Positions 27,201 to 40,489 are shown, numbered from the stretch's first letter. The stretch is 64,000 nucleotides of DNA from Eledone cirrhosa (GCA_964016885.1 CAXHJY010000168.1:172609-236608); one strand, 5' to 3'. Program-made: numbers and translations. The notes: generated by a model from the sequence alone, not told the origin.

Positions 27201-30200
27201 TTTGGGTGCCCCGTTTTTTATTTGGGTACCCCGTCTTTTATTTGGGTACCCCGTTTTTTATTTGGGTGCCCCGTTTTTTATTTGGATGCCCCGTGTTTTA
27301 TGGGGGGTCCGTTTTTTATTTGGGTGCCCCGTTTTTATTTGGGTGCCCCGTTTTTTATTTGGATGCCCCGTTTTTTTATGGGGGGGTCCGTTTTTTATTT
27401 GGGTGCCCCGTTTTTTATTTGGGTACCCCGTTTTTTATTTGGGTGCCCCGTTTTTTTATGGGGGGGTCCGTTTTTTATTTGGGTGCCACGTTTTTTATTT
27501 GGGTGCCCCGTTTTTTTATGGGGGGGTCCGTTTTTTATTTGGGTGCCCCATTTTTTATTTGGGTGCCCCGTTTTTTTATGGGGGGGTCCGTTTTTTATTT
27601 GGGTGCCCCGTTTTTTTAGGGGGGGGTCCGTTTTTTTATTTGGGTGCCCCGTTTTTTATTTGGGTACCCCGTTTTTTGGGTCCGTTTTTTATTTGGTTAC
27701 CCCGTTTTTTATTTGGGTGCCCCGTTTTTTATTTGGGTACCCCGTTTTTTGGGTCCGTTTTTTATTTGGGTACCCCGTTTTTTATTTGGGTGCCCCGTTT
27801 TTTATGGGGGGGGGCCGTTTTTTATTTGGGTACCCCGTTTTTTATTTGGGTGCCCCGTTTTTTTATGGGGGGGTCCGTTTTTTATTTGGGTGCCCCGTTT
27901 TTTATTTGGGTACCCCGTTTTTTGGTTCCGTTTTTTATTTGGGTACCCCGTTTTTTATTTGGGTGCCCCGTTTTTTTATGGGGGGGGCGTTTATTATTTG
28001 GATACCCCGTTTTTTATTTGGGTGCCCCGTCTTTTTATGGGGTGGTCCGTTTTTTATTTGGGTGCCCCGTTTTTTATTTGGGTACCCCGTTTTTTATTTG
28101 GGTACCCCGTTTTTTATTTGGGTGCCCCGTTTTTTATTTGGATGCCCCGTTTTTTATGGGGGTCCGTTTTTTATTTGGGTGCCCCGTTTTTATTTGAGTG
28201 CCCCGTTTATTATTTGGATGCCCCGTTTTTTTATGGGGGGGTCCGTTTTTTATTTGGGTGCCCCGTTTTTTATTTGGGTACCCCGTTTTTTATTTGGGTG
28301 CCCCGTTTTTTTATGGGGGGATCCGCTTTTTATTTGGGTGCCCCGTTTTTTATTTGGGTACCCCGTTTTGGGGTCCGTTTTTTATTTGGGTGCCCCGTTT
28401 TTTATTTGGGTGCCCCGTTTTTTATGGGGGGTCCGTTTTTTATTTGGGTGCCCCGTTTTTTTATGGGGGGGTCCGTTTTTTATTTGGGTGCCCCGTTTTT
28501 TATTTGGGTGCACCGTTTTTTATTTGGGTACCCCGTTTTTTATTTGGATGCCCCGTTTTTTGATGGGGGGTTCCGTTTTTTATTTTTGTACCCTGTTTTT
28601 TTATTTGGGTGCCCCGTTTTTTTATGGGGGTGTCCGTTTTTTATTTGGGTGCCCCGTTTTTTAGGGGGGGGGGTCGGTTTTTTTATTTGGGTGCCACGTT
28701 TTTTATTTGGGTACCCAGTATTTTGGGTCCGTTTTTTATTTGGGTACACCGTTTTTTATTTGGGTGCCCCGTTTTTTTATGGGGGGGTCCGTATTTTATT
28801 TGGGTGCCACGTTTTTTATTTGGGTGCCCCGTTTTTTTTTGGGGGGGTCCGTTTTTTATTTGGGTGCCCCATTTTTTATTTGGGTGCCCCGTTTTTTTAT
28901 GGGGGGTCCGTTTTTTATTTGGGTGCCCCGTTTTTTATTTGGGTACCCCGTTTTTTGTTTGGGTACCCCGTATTTTATTTGGGTGCCCCGTTTTTTTATG
29001 GGGGGTTCGTTTTTTATTTGGGTGCGCCGTTTTTTTATGGGGGGGTCCGTTTTTTATTTGTGTACCCCGTTTTTTATTTGGGTGCCCCGTTTTTGTATGG
29101 GGGGTCCGGTTTTTCATTTGGGTACCCTGTTTTTTGTTTGGGTGCCCCGTTTTTTTATGGGGGGTCCGTTTTTTTATTTGGGTGCCCCGTTTTTTATTTG
29201 GGTGCCCCGTTTTTTTATGGGGGGTCCGTTTTTTATTTGGGTGCCCCGTTTTTTTATGGGGGGTCCGTTTTTTATTTGTGTGCCCCGTTTTCTATTTGGG
29301 TACCTCGTTTTTTGGGTCCGTTTTTTATTTGGGTACCCCGTTTTTTAATTGGGTGCCCCTATTTTTTATGGGGGGGTCCGTTTTTTATTTGGGTGCCCCG
29401 TTTTTTATTTGGGTGCCCCGTTTTTTTATGGGGGGGTCCGTTTTTTATTTGGGTGCCCCGTTTTTTGGGTCCGTTTTTTATTTGGGTACCCCGTTTTTTA
29501 TTTCGGTGCCCCGTTTTTTTATGGGGGGTCCGTTTTTTATTTCGGTGCCCCGTTTTTTTATGGGGGGGTCCGTTTTTTATTTGGGTGCCCCGTTTTTTAT
29601 TTGGGTACCCCGTTTTTTATTTGGGTGCCCCGTTTTTGTATGGGGGGGTCCGTTTTTTATTTGGGTACCCTGTTGTTTATTTGGGTGCCCCGTTTTGTGG
29701 GTCCGTTTTTTATTTGTGTGCCCCGTTTTTTTTATGGGGGGTCCGTTTTTTATTTGGATGCCCCGTTTTTTATTTGGGTGCCCCGTTTTTTTATTTGGGT
29801 ACCCCGTTTTTTACTTGGGTGCCCCGTTCCTTATGGGGGGGTCCGTTTTATATTTGGGTGCCCCGTTTTTTTATGAGGGGGTTCGTTTTTTATTTGGGTA
29901 CCCCGTTTTTTATTTGGGTGCCCCGTTATTTTATGGGGGGTGTCCGTTTTTTATTTGGGTACACGTTTTTTATTTGGGTGTCCCGTTTTTTTATGGGGGG
30001 GTCCGTTTTTTATTTGGGTGCCCCGTTTTTTATTTGGGTGCCCCGTTTCTTATTTGGGTGCCCCGTTTTTTTATGGGGGGGTTCCGTTTTTTATTTGGGT
30101 GCCCCGTTTTTTGGGTCCGTTTTTTACTTGGGTACACCGTTTTTTTATTTGGGTGCCCCGTTTTTTTATGGGGGGTCCGTTTTTTATTTGGGTTCCCCGT

Positions 30201-33200
30201 TTTTTATTTGGTTGCCCCGTTGTTTTATGGGGGAGGGTCCGTTTTTTATTTGGGTGCCCCGTTTTTTATTTGGGTGCCCCGTTTTTTTATGGGGGGTCCG
30301 TTTTATATTTGGGTGCCCCGTTTTTTGGGTCCGTTTTTTATTTGGGTACCCCGTTTTTTTATGGGGGGGGTCCGTTTTTTATTTGGGTGCCCCGTTTTTT
30401 TTATGGGGGTGGTCCGTTTTTTATTTGGGTGCCCCGTTTTTTTATGGGGGGGTACGTTTTTTATTTGGATGACCCGTTTTTTTATAGGGGGTCCGTTTTT
30501 TATTTGGGTACCCCGTTTTTTATTTCGGCGCCCCGTTTTTTTATGGGGGGTCCGTTTTTTATTTCGGTGCCCCGTTTTTTTATGGGGGGGTCCGTTTTTT
30601 ATTTGGGTGCCCCGTTTTTTATTTGGGTACCCCGTTTTTTATTTGGGTGCCCCGTTTTTGTATGGGGGGGTCCGTTTTTTATTTGGGTACCCTGTTTTTT
30701 ATTTGGGTGCCCCGTTTTGTGGGTCCGTTTTTTATTTGTGTGCCCCGTTTTTTTATGGGGGTCCGTTTTTTATTTGGATGCCCCGTTTTTTATTTGGGTG
30801 CCCCGTTTTTTTATTTGGGTACCCCGTTTTTTACTTGGGTGCCCCGTTCTTTATGGGGGGGTCCGTTTTATATTTGGGTGCCTCGTTTTTTTATGAGGGG
30901 GTTCGTTTTTTATTTGGGTACCCCGTTTTTTATTTGGGTGCCCCGTTATTTTATGGGGGGTGTCCGTTTTTTATTTGGGCACACGTTTTTTATTTGGGTG
31001 TCCCGTTTTTTTATGGGGGGGTCCGTTTTTTATTTGGGTGCCCCGTATTTTATTTGGGTGCCCCGTTTCTTATTTGGGTGCCCCGTTTTTTTATGGGGGG
31101 GTTCCGTTTTTTATTTGGGTGCCCCGTTTTTTTATGGGGGGGTCCGTTTTTTATTTGGGTTCCCCGTTTTTTATTTGGTTGCCCCGTTATTTTATGGGGG
31201 GGGTCCGTCTTTTATTTGGGTGCCCCGTTTTTTATTTGGGTGCCCCGTTTTTTTATGGGGGGGTCCGTTTTATATTTGGGTGCCCCGTTTTTGGGGTCCG
31301 TTTTTTATTTGGGTACCCCGTTTTTTTATGGGGGGGTCCGTTTTTTATTTGGGTGCCCCGTTTTTTTATCGGGGTGGTCCGTTTTTTATTTGGGTGCCCC
31401 GTTTTTTTATGGGGGGGTCCGTTTTTTATTTGGATGACCCGTTTTTTTATAGGGGGTCCGTTTTTTATTTGGGTACCCCGTTTTTTATTTGGGTGCCCCG
31501 TTTTTTTATGGGGGGTCCGTTTTTCATTTGGGTACCCCGTTTTTTATTTGGGTGCCCCGTTTTTTTATGGGGGGGGGTCCGTTTTTTATTTGGGTGCCCC
31601 GTTCTTTGTTTGGGTGCCCCGTTTTTTTATGGGGGGTCCGTTTTTTATTTGGGTGCCCCGTTTTTTGTTTGGGTGCCCCGTTTTTTTATGGGGGGTCCGT
31701 TTTTTATTTGGGTGCCCCGTTTTTTATTTGGGTGCCCCGTTCTTTTATGGGGGGGTCCGTTTTTTATTTGGGTGCTTCGTTTTTTTATGGGGGGGTCCGT
31801 TTTTTATTTGGGTGCCCCGTTTTTTTATGGGGGGTCCGTTTTTTATGGGGGGGCCGTTTTTTATTTGTGTGCCCCGTTTTTTATTTGGGTACCTCGTTTT
31901 TTGGGTCCGTTTTTTATTTGGGTACCCCGTTTTTTAATTGGGTGCCCCTATTTTTTATGGGGGGCTCCGTTTTTTATTTGGGTGCCCCGTTTTTTTATGG
32001 GGGGGTCCGTTTTTTATTTGGGTACCCCGTTTTTTATTTGGGTGCCCCGTTTTTTTACGGGGGTGTCCGTTTTTTATTTGGGTGCCCCGTTTTTTTATGG
32101 GGGGGTCCGTTTTTTATTTGGGTACCCCGTTTTTTATTTGGGTGCCCCGTTTTTTATTTGGGTGCCCCGTTTTTTTACGGGGGTGTCCGTTTTTTATTTG
32201 GGTGCCCCGTTTTTTTATGGGGGGGTCCGTTTTTTATTTGGGTACCCCGTTTTTTATTTGGGTACCCCGTTTTTTATTTGGGTGCCCCGTTTTTGTATGG
32301 GGGTCCGTTTTTTATTTGGGTACCCTGTTTTTTATTTGGGTGCCCCGTTTTTTATGGGGGTGTCCGTTTTTTATTTGGGTGCCCCGTTTTTGTATGGGGG
32401 GTCCGTTTTTCATTTGGGTACCCCGTTTTTTATTTGGGTGCCCCGTTTTTTAATGGGGGGGGTCCGTTTTTTATTTGGGTGCCCCGTTTTTTATTTGGGT
32501 ACCCCGTTTTTTATTTGGATGCCCCGTTTTTTCATGGGGGGGTCCGTTTTATATTTGGGTGCCCCGTTTTTTTATGGGGGGGTCCGTTTTTTATTTGGGT
32601 GCCCCGTTTTTTATTTGGGTACCCCGTTTTTTGGGTCCGTTTATATTTGGGTACCCCGTTTTTTATTTGGGTGCCCCTTTTTTATGGGGGGGTCCGTTTT
32701 TTATTTGGGTGCCCCGTTTTTTATTTGGGTACCCCGTTTTTTATTCGGATGCCCCGTTTTTTTATGGGGGGGTCCGTTTTTTATTTGGGTGGCCCGTTTT
32801 TTATTTGGGTGCCCCGTTTTTTATTTGGGTGCCCCGTTTTTTATGGGGGTGTCCGTTTTTTATTTGGGTGCCCCGTTTTTTTATGGGGGGTCCGTTTTTT
32901 ATTTGGGCGCCCCGTTTTTTATTTGGGTACCCGGTTTTTTTATGGGGGGGTCCGTTTTTTATTTGGGCGCCCCGTTTTTTATTTGGGTACCCCGTTTTTT
33001 ATGGGGGTGCCCCGTTTTTTATGGGGGTCGTTTTTCATTTGGGTACCCTGTTTTTTATTTGGGTGGCCCGTTTTTTTATGGGGGGGGGTCCGTTTTTTAT
33101 TTGGGTGCCCCGTTTTTTCATGGGGGGGTCCGTTTTTTATTTGGGCGCCCCGTTTTTTTATGGGGGGTCCGTTTTTTATTTGGGCGCCCCGTTTTTTATT

Positions 33201-34244
33201 TGGGTACCCCGTTTTTTATTTGGGTGCCCCGTTTTTTTATGGGGGTCCGTTTTTCATTTGGGTGCCCCGATTTTTTATGGGGGTGTCCGTTTTTTATTTG
33301 GGTACCCCGTTTTTTATTTGGGTGCCCCGTTTTTTTATGGGGGGTCCGTTTTTTATTTGGGTGCCCCGTTTTTTATTTGGGTGCCCCGTTTTTTTATGGG
33401 GGGTCCGTTTTTTATTTGGGTGCCCCGTTTTTTATTTGGGTGCCCCGTTTTTTTATGGGGGGGTCTGTTTTTTATTTGGGTACCCCGTTTGTTATTTGGG
33501 TGCCCCGTTTTTTTATGGGGGGTCCGTTTTTTATTTGGGTGCCCGTTTTTTATTTTGTGACCCGTTTTTTATTTGGGTACCCCGTTTTTTGTTTGGGTAC
33601 CCCGTTTTTTATTTGGGTGCCCCGTTTTTTTATGGGGGGGTCCGTTTTTTATTTGGGTGCCCCGTTTTTTTATGGGGGTGTCCGTTTTTTATTTGGGTTC
33701 CCCGTTTTTTATTTGGGTGCCCCGTTTTTTTATGGGGCGGTCCGTTTTTTATTTGGGTACCCCGTTTTTTGTTTGGGTACCCCGTTTTTTATTTGGGTGC
33801 CCCGTTTTTTATGGGGGGGTCCGTTTTTTATTTGGGTGCCCCGTTTTTTTTATGGGGGAGTCCGTTTTTTATTTGGGTACCCCGTTTTTTATTTGGGTGC
33901 CCCGTTTTTTTATGGGGGGGTCCGTTTTTTATTTGGGTGCCCCGTTTTTTTATGGGGGGGTCCGTTTTTTATTTGGGTGCCCCGTTTTTTATTTGGGTGC
34001 CCCGTTTTTTATTTGGGTGCCCCGTTTTTTATTTGGGTGCCCCGTTTTTTTATGGGGGGGTCCGTTTTTTATTTGGGTGCCCTGTTTTTTTATGGGGGTC
34101 CGTTTTTTATTTGGGTACCCCGTTTTTTAATGGGTGCCCCGTTTTTTATGGGGGGGTCCGTTTTTTATTTGGGTGCCCCGTTTTTTATTTGGGTACCCCG
34201 TTTTTTATGGGGGGTCCGTTTTTTATTTGGGTGCCCCTTTTTTT

Positions 34245-34340
34245 AAAAATTCAGGCTGTTCAGTTTGTTTACAAACGAACAAAGCGGCGTTATAATAAGC
34301 GTCCGCTAAACTGATACGTGCATATATGTATGTGTACCTG

Positions 34341-34400
<60 letters not shown>

Positions 34401-34934
34401 TATGCATGCTACTGTACGTCTGTATACATATATGTATGTACGTATACACACATACTTACATTTAAGTAAGTGCCGTACTAAGAGTGAGAAATGAAATTTC
34501 GTTTTCATTTTATTTCAACTTTTCGTTTTCGGTATGCCTGACCGACTTGACTCACTCGATATGCAAATTAGGCTGCTCAGCCGTTAACTTCATAAGGAAA
34601 GTATATACTTTCGAACGTTCAACTATCTGGCAGAAGGGTATACGGTGCTGATGATTGCTAACAAGCTTGAAACTAGTACATCGTTCCTGTGTCAGTGTTG
34701 AACAAAAAGGTGACGTGGTTGCCTTAACACCGTACGGCATAAAATTCAGGCTGTTCAGTTTGTTTACAAACGAACAAAGCGGCGTTATAATAAGCGTCCG
34801 CTAAACTGATACGTGCATATATGTATGTGTATCTGTATGTATATATGTATATATTTATATATATATATATATGCATGCTATTGTACGTCTGTATACATAT
34901 ATGTTATGTACGTATACACACATACTTACATTTA
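34245..34934 (+). mobile_element. Hammerhead-containing retrozyme-like repeat, family A variant, ~1.4 monomers (495-bp period)
   Basis: AAAATTCAGGCTG recurs at 34246 and 34741; diverged homolog of the 468-bp array at 46511-52080; ends CATACTTACATTTA-(TA)n exactly like 52080. Confidence 0.88.
34642..34684 (+). ncRNA. Type I hammerhead ribozyme motif (family A variant)
   Basis: ACGGTG CTGATGA TTGCT AACA AGCTT GAAA CTAG TA CATCGT; stem I ACGGTG/CATCGT; stem II weakened to GCT/AGC. Confidence 0.7.
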
Positions 34935-35038
34935 TATATATATAAATATATAGAGAAAATTGAGGTTGGTAATGGCACATGGAATATATAAGAGACAGAA
35001 TACTTTTTTGTGAAAAAACATAATTTTATAAGGTAAAC

Positions 35039-36055
35039 ATGATAAACATGATAAACATGATAAACAACATAGATAATAACATACGATTCACAATGGAATC
35101 CAATCCTAAGGAATTAGCCTTCTTGGATATTCTCATCTCTGTAATAGACGGGAAATTAGATACAGATATATTCTATAAACCCACAGATTCCAAGCAATAC
35201 CTCTTTTTCACATCAAGTCACCCAAAACATACAAAACTTAACATTCCTTACAATTTGGCCAAACGTATATGTACCATAGTATCAGATCCACCTAAACGGG
35301 AGCAAAGACTAAAGGAACTAAAAGACACCCTTATCTTAAGAGCCTTTCCACTTGAAATAATCAACAATGGAATAGACAGGGCAAAACACCTAAATCCCCA
35401 TCAACTTAACAATCCAAAACAGAAAACCACACTCAACACCCTGCCATATGTATCCACTTTCAACCCCAGAAATACCGAAATGTTTGATCACCTACACAAA
35501 AACCTCCCCATCCTACTTAAAGATGTAAAAATGAAGTCTATTCTTGAAACACACAAGATCCTTAAAAGTAAAAGACAACCCAAATCACTTAAACGCATTC
35601 TCACTGGACCAAATATACCCAAACCAATCCTCAACCCTACAGTTACCAAATGTGGTAGAACAAACTGTGGAACGTGCCTCTACCTCACTGAAGGACAAAC
35701 ATTTACATTCAAAGATGGCCAAACATTTACAGTAAAAAACAATTTCACCTGCAACTCGGAGAACTTGATTTACGCAATAACTTGCGGTGGGTGCAAACAC
35801 AACTACATAGGACAGACGGGCACCTCATTACGCAAAAGAATGACCATCCACCGCCAACAAATCCGGGACGCTAACACAAGAAAAATCCCCTTGAGCAGCC
35901 ATATTGCGAACTGCGCAGGAATGACACTACCCAACTTTAAAATCTTCCCCTTCTACAAGTGCTCAGATTCGTTCACACAACAACAAAGAATAAACAAAGA
36001 AAATCTATTCCTTAACAAATTTAAACCAAAACTAAACGGATTATCACCCCAATAG
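35039..36055 (+). CDS. PLE ORF C-terminal part: RT end/thumb, Cys-rich linker and GIY-YIG endonuclease (5'-truncated, lacks RT catalytic core)
   Basis: FTME...LAFLDI...TDIFYKPTDSKQYLFFTSSHP (PLE RT end); CGRTNCGTC linker; NLIYAITCGGCKHNYIGQT...LRKRMTIH...ENLFLNKFKPKLN (GIY-YIG). Cys pattern resembles the Neptune-type clade (from memory). Confidence 0.92.
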   Translation: MINMINMINNIDNNIRFTMESNPKELAFLDILISVIDGKLDTDIFYKPTDSKQYLFFTSSHPKHTKLNIPYNLAKRICTIVSDPPKREQRLKELKDTLILRAFPLEIINNGIDRAKHLNPHQLNNPKQKTTLNTLPYVSTFNPRNTEMFDHLHKNLPILLKDVKMKSILETHKILKSKRQPKSLKRILTGPNIPKPILNPTVTKCGRTNCGTCLYLTEGQTFTFKDGQTFTVKNNFTCNSENLIYAITCGGCKHNYIGQTGTSLRKRMTIHRQQIRDANTRKIPLSSHIANCAGMTLPNFKIFPFYKCSDSFTQQQRINKENLFLNKFKPKLNGLSPQ

Positions 36056-36279
36056 AATTGTCATAAAATATAAACACACATACGCACGGAATCACTACTA
36101 TTAAAGACCAGAGACCAATTCTGTAGAATCAGGTTTATTCATTGACAGACCATGCCTTTGTGTGACCAACACATCCATGTTAAACCCTGCACGTGCACAC
36201 ACGTATATCTATATATATATGCGCACACAGAATTATTTTAATTTCACTGCCCCAACTTCTTATATTATGGAAAAAATAT

Positions 36280-36606
36280 ATGTGTCTGTATGTATATATA
36301 TATATATATATATTTGAAGGCCATTTCTCTGTGTGTGGGTGTATGTATGTGTGTGTGTGTGTGTGTGAGTATGTGTGTGCATGTGGATGTATGTATTGTG
36401 TGTGCGTGTGTGTGTGTGTGTGTGTATGTATGTGGGTATCTGGATGTATGCGTATGTGTATATATATATATATATATGCATGTGTGTGTGTGTGTGTGTA
36501 TATATATGTGTGTGTATGTGTGTATATATGTGTGTGTGTGTGTGTGTGTGTATGTTTGTATGTGTGTATGTATATATATATATGTGTGTGTGTATGTATG
36601 TGTGGG

Positions 36607-36705
<99 letters not shown>

Positions 36706-36744
36706 ATGTATGTGTGTATCTGGATGTATGTGTATGTATATATA

Positions 36745-36809
<65 letters not shown>

Positions 36810-36878
36810 ATGTGTATATATATGTGTGTGTGTGTGTATGTGTGTATGTATATGTATGTGTGTGTGTATGTATGTGTG

Positions 36879-36931
<53 letters not shown>

Positions 36932-36970
36932 GTATGTGTATGTATGTGTGGATGAAGGTATGTGTGTGTA
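36280..36970. repeat. Compound (TG)n/(TA)n microsatellite inside the PLE1 3' region
   Basis: Alternating TG and TA dinucleotide runs read directly. Confidence 0.95.
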
Positions 36971-37203
36971 TATTGCTTCCACCCCCTCACTGACCAGCAG
37001 CTGGCTATTGCTAAATCTGACCTTTATAAAATAACCCACACCCCAAATAACTTCTCATTCACTACCAGAAAGGGACACAGCAGTCAACCTGTTGTTGCTA
37101 CCTAGATGAAAACTGCTATGAAATCCCACAATGAATTTTATACTTGAATTTTCAAGTCTCAAATTTTAACTCTTCGTATTATTAATTTTTCTTAATATTA
37201 ATC

Positions 37204-37251
37204 AACATTTGAAAAGATGGCTTTTGCAGACCCATCGAAACCGGTCATTTT
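37204..37251 (+). ncRNA. Degenerate PLE-type minimal hammerhead in the PLE1 pLTR
   Basis: TTGAAAA GATGG..CCATC GAAA CCGG TC; stem II and palindromic stem III intact, core CTGANGA mutated at two positions, stem I poor. Confidence 0.6.
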
Positions 37252-37413
37252 TTATACCCTTTATTATTTCCTTACCTTATAAAATTATGTTTTTTCACAA
37301 AAAAGTATTCTGTCTCTTATATATTCCATGTGCCATTACCAACCTCAATTTTCTCTATAACCTTCGTTTTGTGTAGAAAATTACACTTTTCATATATAAA
37401 TATATATATATAC

Positions 37414-37467
<54 letters not shown>

Positions 37468-37473
37468 ATATAA

Positions 37474-38273
<800 letters not shown>

Positions 38274-38274
38274 A

Positions 38275-38462
38275 GATAGTTATACTTGGGGAGGGTCATA
38301 TTTGTGTAATATTGCCAGAATTAATAACAGAACACACTCACTGTTTGGTTGGTTTTCGCTTCTCGCTGTCTTTTATATCGGTAATCTAACTTACTCGGTC
38401 CTCAATGTTGCCATCGACTGTCCGACGGTCAAAAATAATACAGATACACTAATTCATCGCCG

Positions 38463-38463
<1 letters not shown>
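38275..38463. mobile_element. Tiny truncated copy of the 52775-54019 fold-back family
   Basis: 38275-38447 matches ~52829-53007; 38448-38463 ACTAATTCATCGCCGC is the reverse complement of 52775-52790, then (TA)n. Confidence 0.82.
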
Positions 38464-38520
<57 letters not shown>

Positions 38521-38534
38521 TAGGTATATATGTC

Positions 38535-38640
<106 letters not shown>

Positions 38641-39199
38641 CAGGTCACCAGTTGGTGCTACCTGTAACATTTATCTTATATACACATATATACACAATAT
38701 CCAAACACAAAACTACCAATCTCCCACTGTCACTGCCTCTGTCTTTCCCGCTCTCCCCATCTAGATATGAATTTAACACTTTTGTCAGTGTAAGTTCTCT
38801 AAACTCGGGAATGGAATGGTGTATTGCTGGTAGCGACACATATCTACTACCACAACAGAAATTGTATAGCAGATGTCTCTGGAAGATGCTAAAGAATCTT
38901 TTCATTAACTACTTGAAAGCACCCCATTTAGAACATTTCCCATCTATCTTTTCCACTTAGTTTATTCCATTTCTACGCCGTTTATTATATTAATAATATT
39001 AATATAATAAACTTTATTGTAAATTTTATCTGAATAATAATATTTCGAATATATATTCGTCTGCTAATATATTTATAAAGTAACGCATATAAAATTACAC
39101 GTTTTTAGATTTACTCGCAGTGAAGTGTTAAACCAAGGCGTCTATAATCTGGAAATTAATAAAACGTTTCTTTCTCCACCATGTAATATAACAACTTAT

Positions 39200-39660
39200 G
39201 TTTTTTTGTTTTTTGTTTTTTGTTTTGTTTTTAGTTACATACATAACAAATCATATCTATAATTTTAAAGAAACAGAGAGAAAGTGACGTCCGAACGAGT
39301 ATCCTCTGCCTCCAACTAACTTAACCTCGGATTCTGGGTCCCGGCCGACAGGATGGAGAATACAGAGCCCCGGAGGACGGCGAAAGAAACGCGCTGGAAC
39401 AGCCACTCCATCTCTCTGCACTCGCGGTCAACTCCGCTTCGATAGCTGTGAATAGGGATGTGCTCCGAGGTCCAAAAATGGCATATCACCACTGCTACAG
39501 GCTCTACCACATAACTATCAGAGAGTGGCCGATACTTGGACAGTTTGCCCTCTTCGACTTGGGGGCAGCAGAGCCTGGGCTGGTAGCCGAAAGAATCAGG
39601 TTACTACTAGAGTAGGTGCCACAACATATAGCATATTTGCCAAAGCCTTTTTCGTTGGGT
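39200..39660 (-). pseudogene. 3' end of a non-LTR retrotransposon with restriction-like endonuclease (CRE-like), degenerate
   Basis: Minus-strand frames give AICCGTYSSSNLILSATSPGSAA / EEGKLSKYRPLSDSYVVEPVAV / REMEWLFQRVSFAVLRGSVFSIL, matching D..T...A..AE..K..KY...P..vE and QR.S.A..RGN REL motifs; A-rich tail at 39200-39232. Confidence 0.7.
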
Positions 39661-40221
39661 TTGCAGGTCATAAGCTGCTCACAAGCTGCGATTAGGATTT
39701 GCACCCGTTTTTTTTATTACTCTGGTATGTCATGCTTTGTGTGAAGTCAAGACAGAATTTTAAATTCTGCACTTAACATTTGAATATTTATGTCTATACA
39801 CTTAATGTATATAACTTTATACACATTTACTCAATTTCAGTCAAACCCTGTACTGTATATATGCATGAATATAAAGTTAATGTATACTTCGGCTTATTAG
39901 TGCACACTTTAATGTATATCAAAATTCATAGCCTGTAGAGGCACTGAAAATATCTAAATTAGTACGTCCATTCGTGATGTCTACTACATTTGCAGGGCTT
40001 TATCTGGTCATCAATTAGGTATTGCTTTGCAATTAGAATCGGAAATTGATTAAAAATACTCGTTATAATTCAGGTTGCAAGAAGTTGCAGCGGTCTGACT
40101 TGTTTGTATGTATATACACATGATGTGGATTTAGTTAACTGTTCTTCATTTCAATGCAATTTGGGGCGTTGAATGTTGTCTGAAATTACTTTAATGTCAG
40201 GATCATAGACCGTGAGTAATT

Positions 40222-40420
40222 CAGACCTGCCAACCTCTAAAAATCCAAACGGGGAGTACGATGAAAAAAGATGTCCCACAAAAGGGGAGAAATGAAGCAA
40301 AATGGGTAAAATTTACGTCATGAAAGTTGTACCCATTTTCACAAGGGAAGACATCTCTTCTCACCAACCCCAAAGTGGGTGGGAGATATCCCCGTCCGAC
40401 GAGGAGAGTTAACAGGTCTG
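40222..40420. mobile_element. ~200-bp MITE-like DNA transposon
   Basis: Imperfect TIRs CAGACCTGCCAAC / GTTAACAGGTCTG; GTAATT immediately flanks both ends (putative 6-bp TSD). Confidence 0.65.
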
Positions 40421-40489
40421 GTAATTTGAAATACAACATTACAGATTTAATCAAATCAAAACCAAATTTCAGAGGACCTATAAACCACT

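Larger units (their letters stand above)
1..34244. repeat. Large ~20-bp satellite array (monomers ATTTGGGT(G/A)CCCCGTTTTTT and ATGGGGGGGTCCGTTTTTT plus variants)
   Basis: Continuous head-to-tail repetition read directly; + strand is T/G-rich and A-poor; runs off the left edge; stops abruptly at ...GGGTGCCCCTTTTTTT (~34244). Confidence 0.98.
34949..37392 (+). mobile_element. 5'-truncated Penelope-like retroelement (PLE1) with inverted 5' partial pLTR and 3' tail
   Basis: 34949-35036 is the reverse complement of 37272-37359; ~33-nt unpaired tail 37360-37392; flanked by (TA)n on both sides; encodes RT thumb + GIY-YIG. Confidence 0.93.

Noticed and set aside
1-34244. CRISPR array or telomeric repeat
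   Set aside because: No unique spacers or cas genes; not (TTAGGG)n; monomers are heterogeneous ~20-mers.
3-34314. Dozens of very long F/G/W/P-rich ORFs (up to 1222 aa)
   Set aside because: Open in all three + frames because the A-poor satellite rarely forms stop codons; homopolymer indels shift frames freely.
35039-36055. Autonomous active Penelope or host nuclease gene
   Set aside because: Lacks the RT catalytic motifs, and the start codons come from a junction stutter; it is a 5'-truncated copy.
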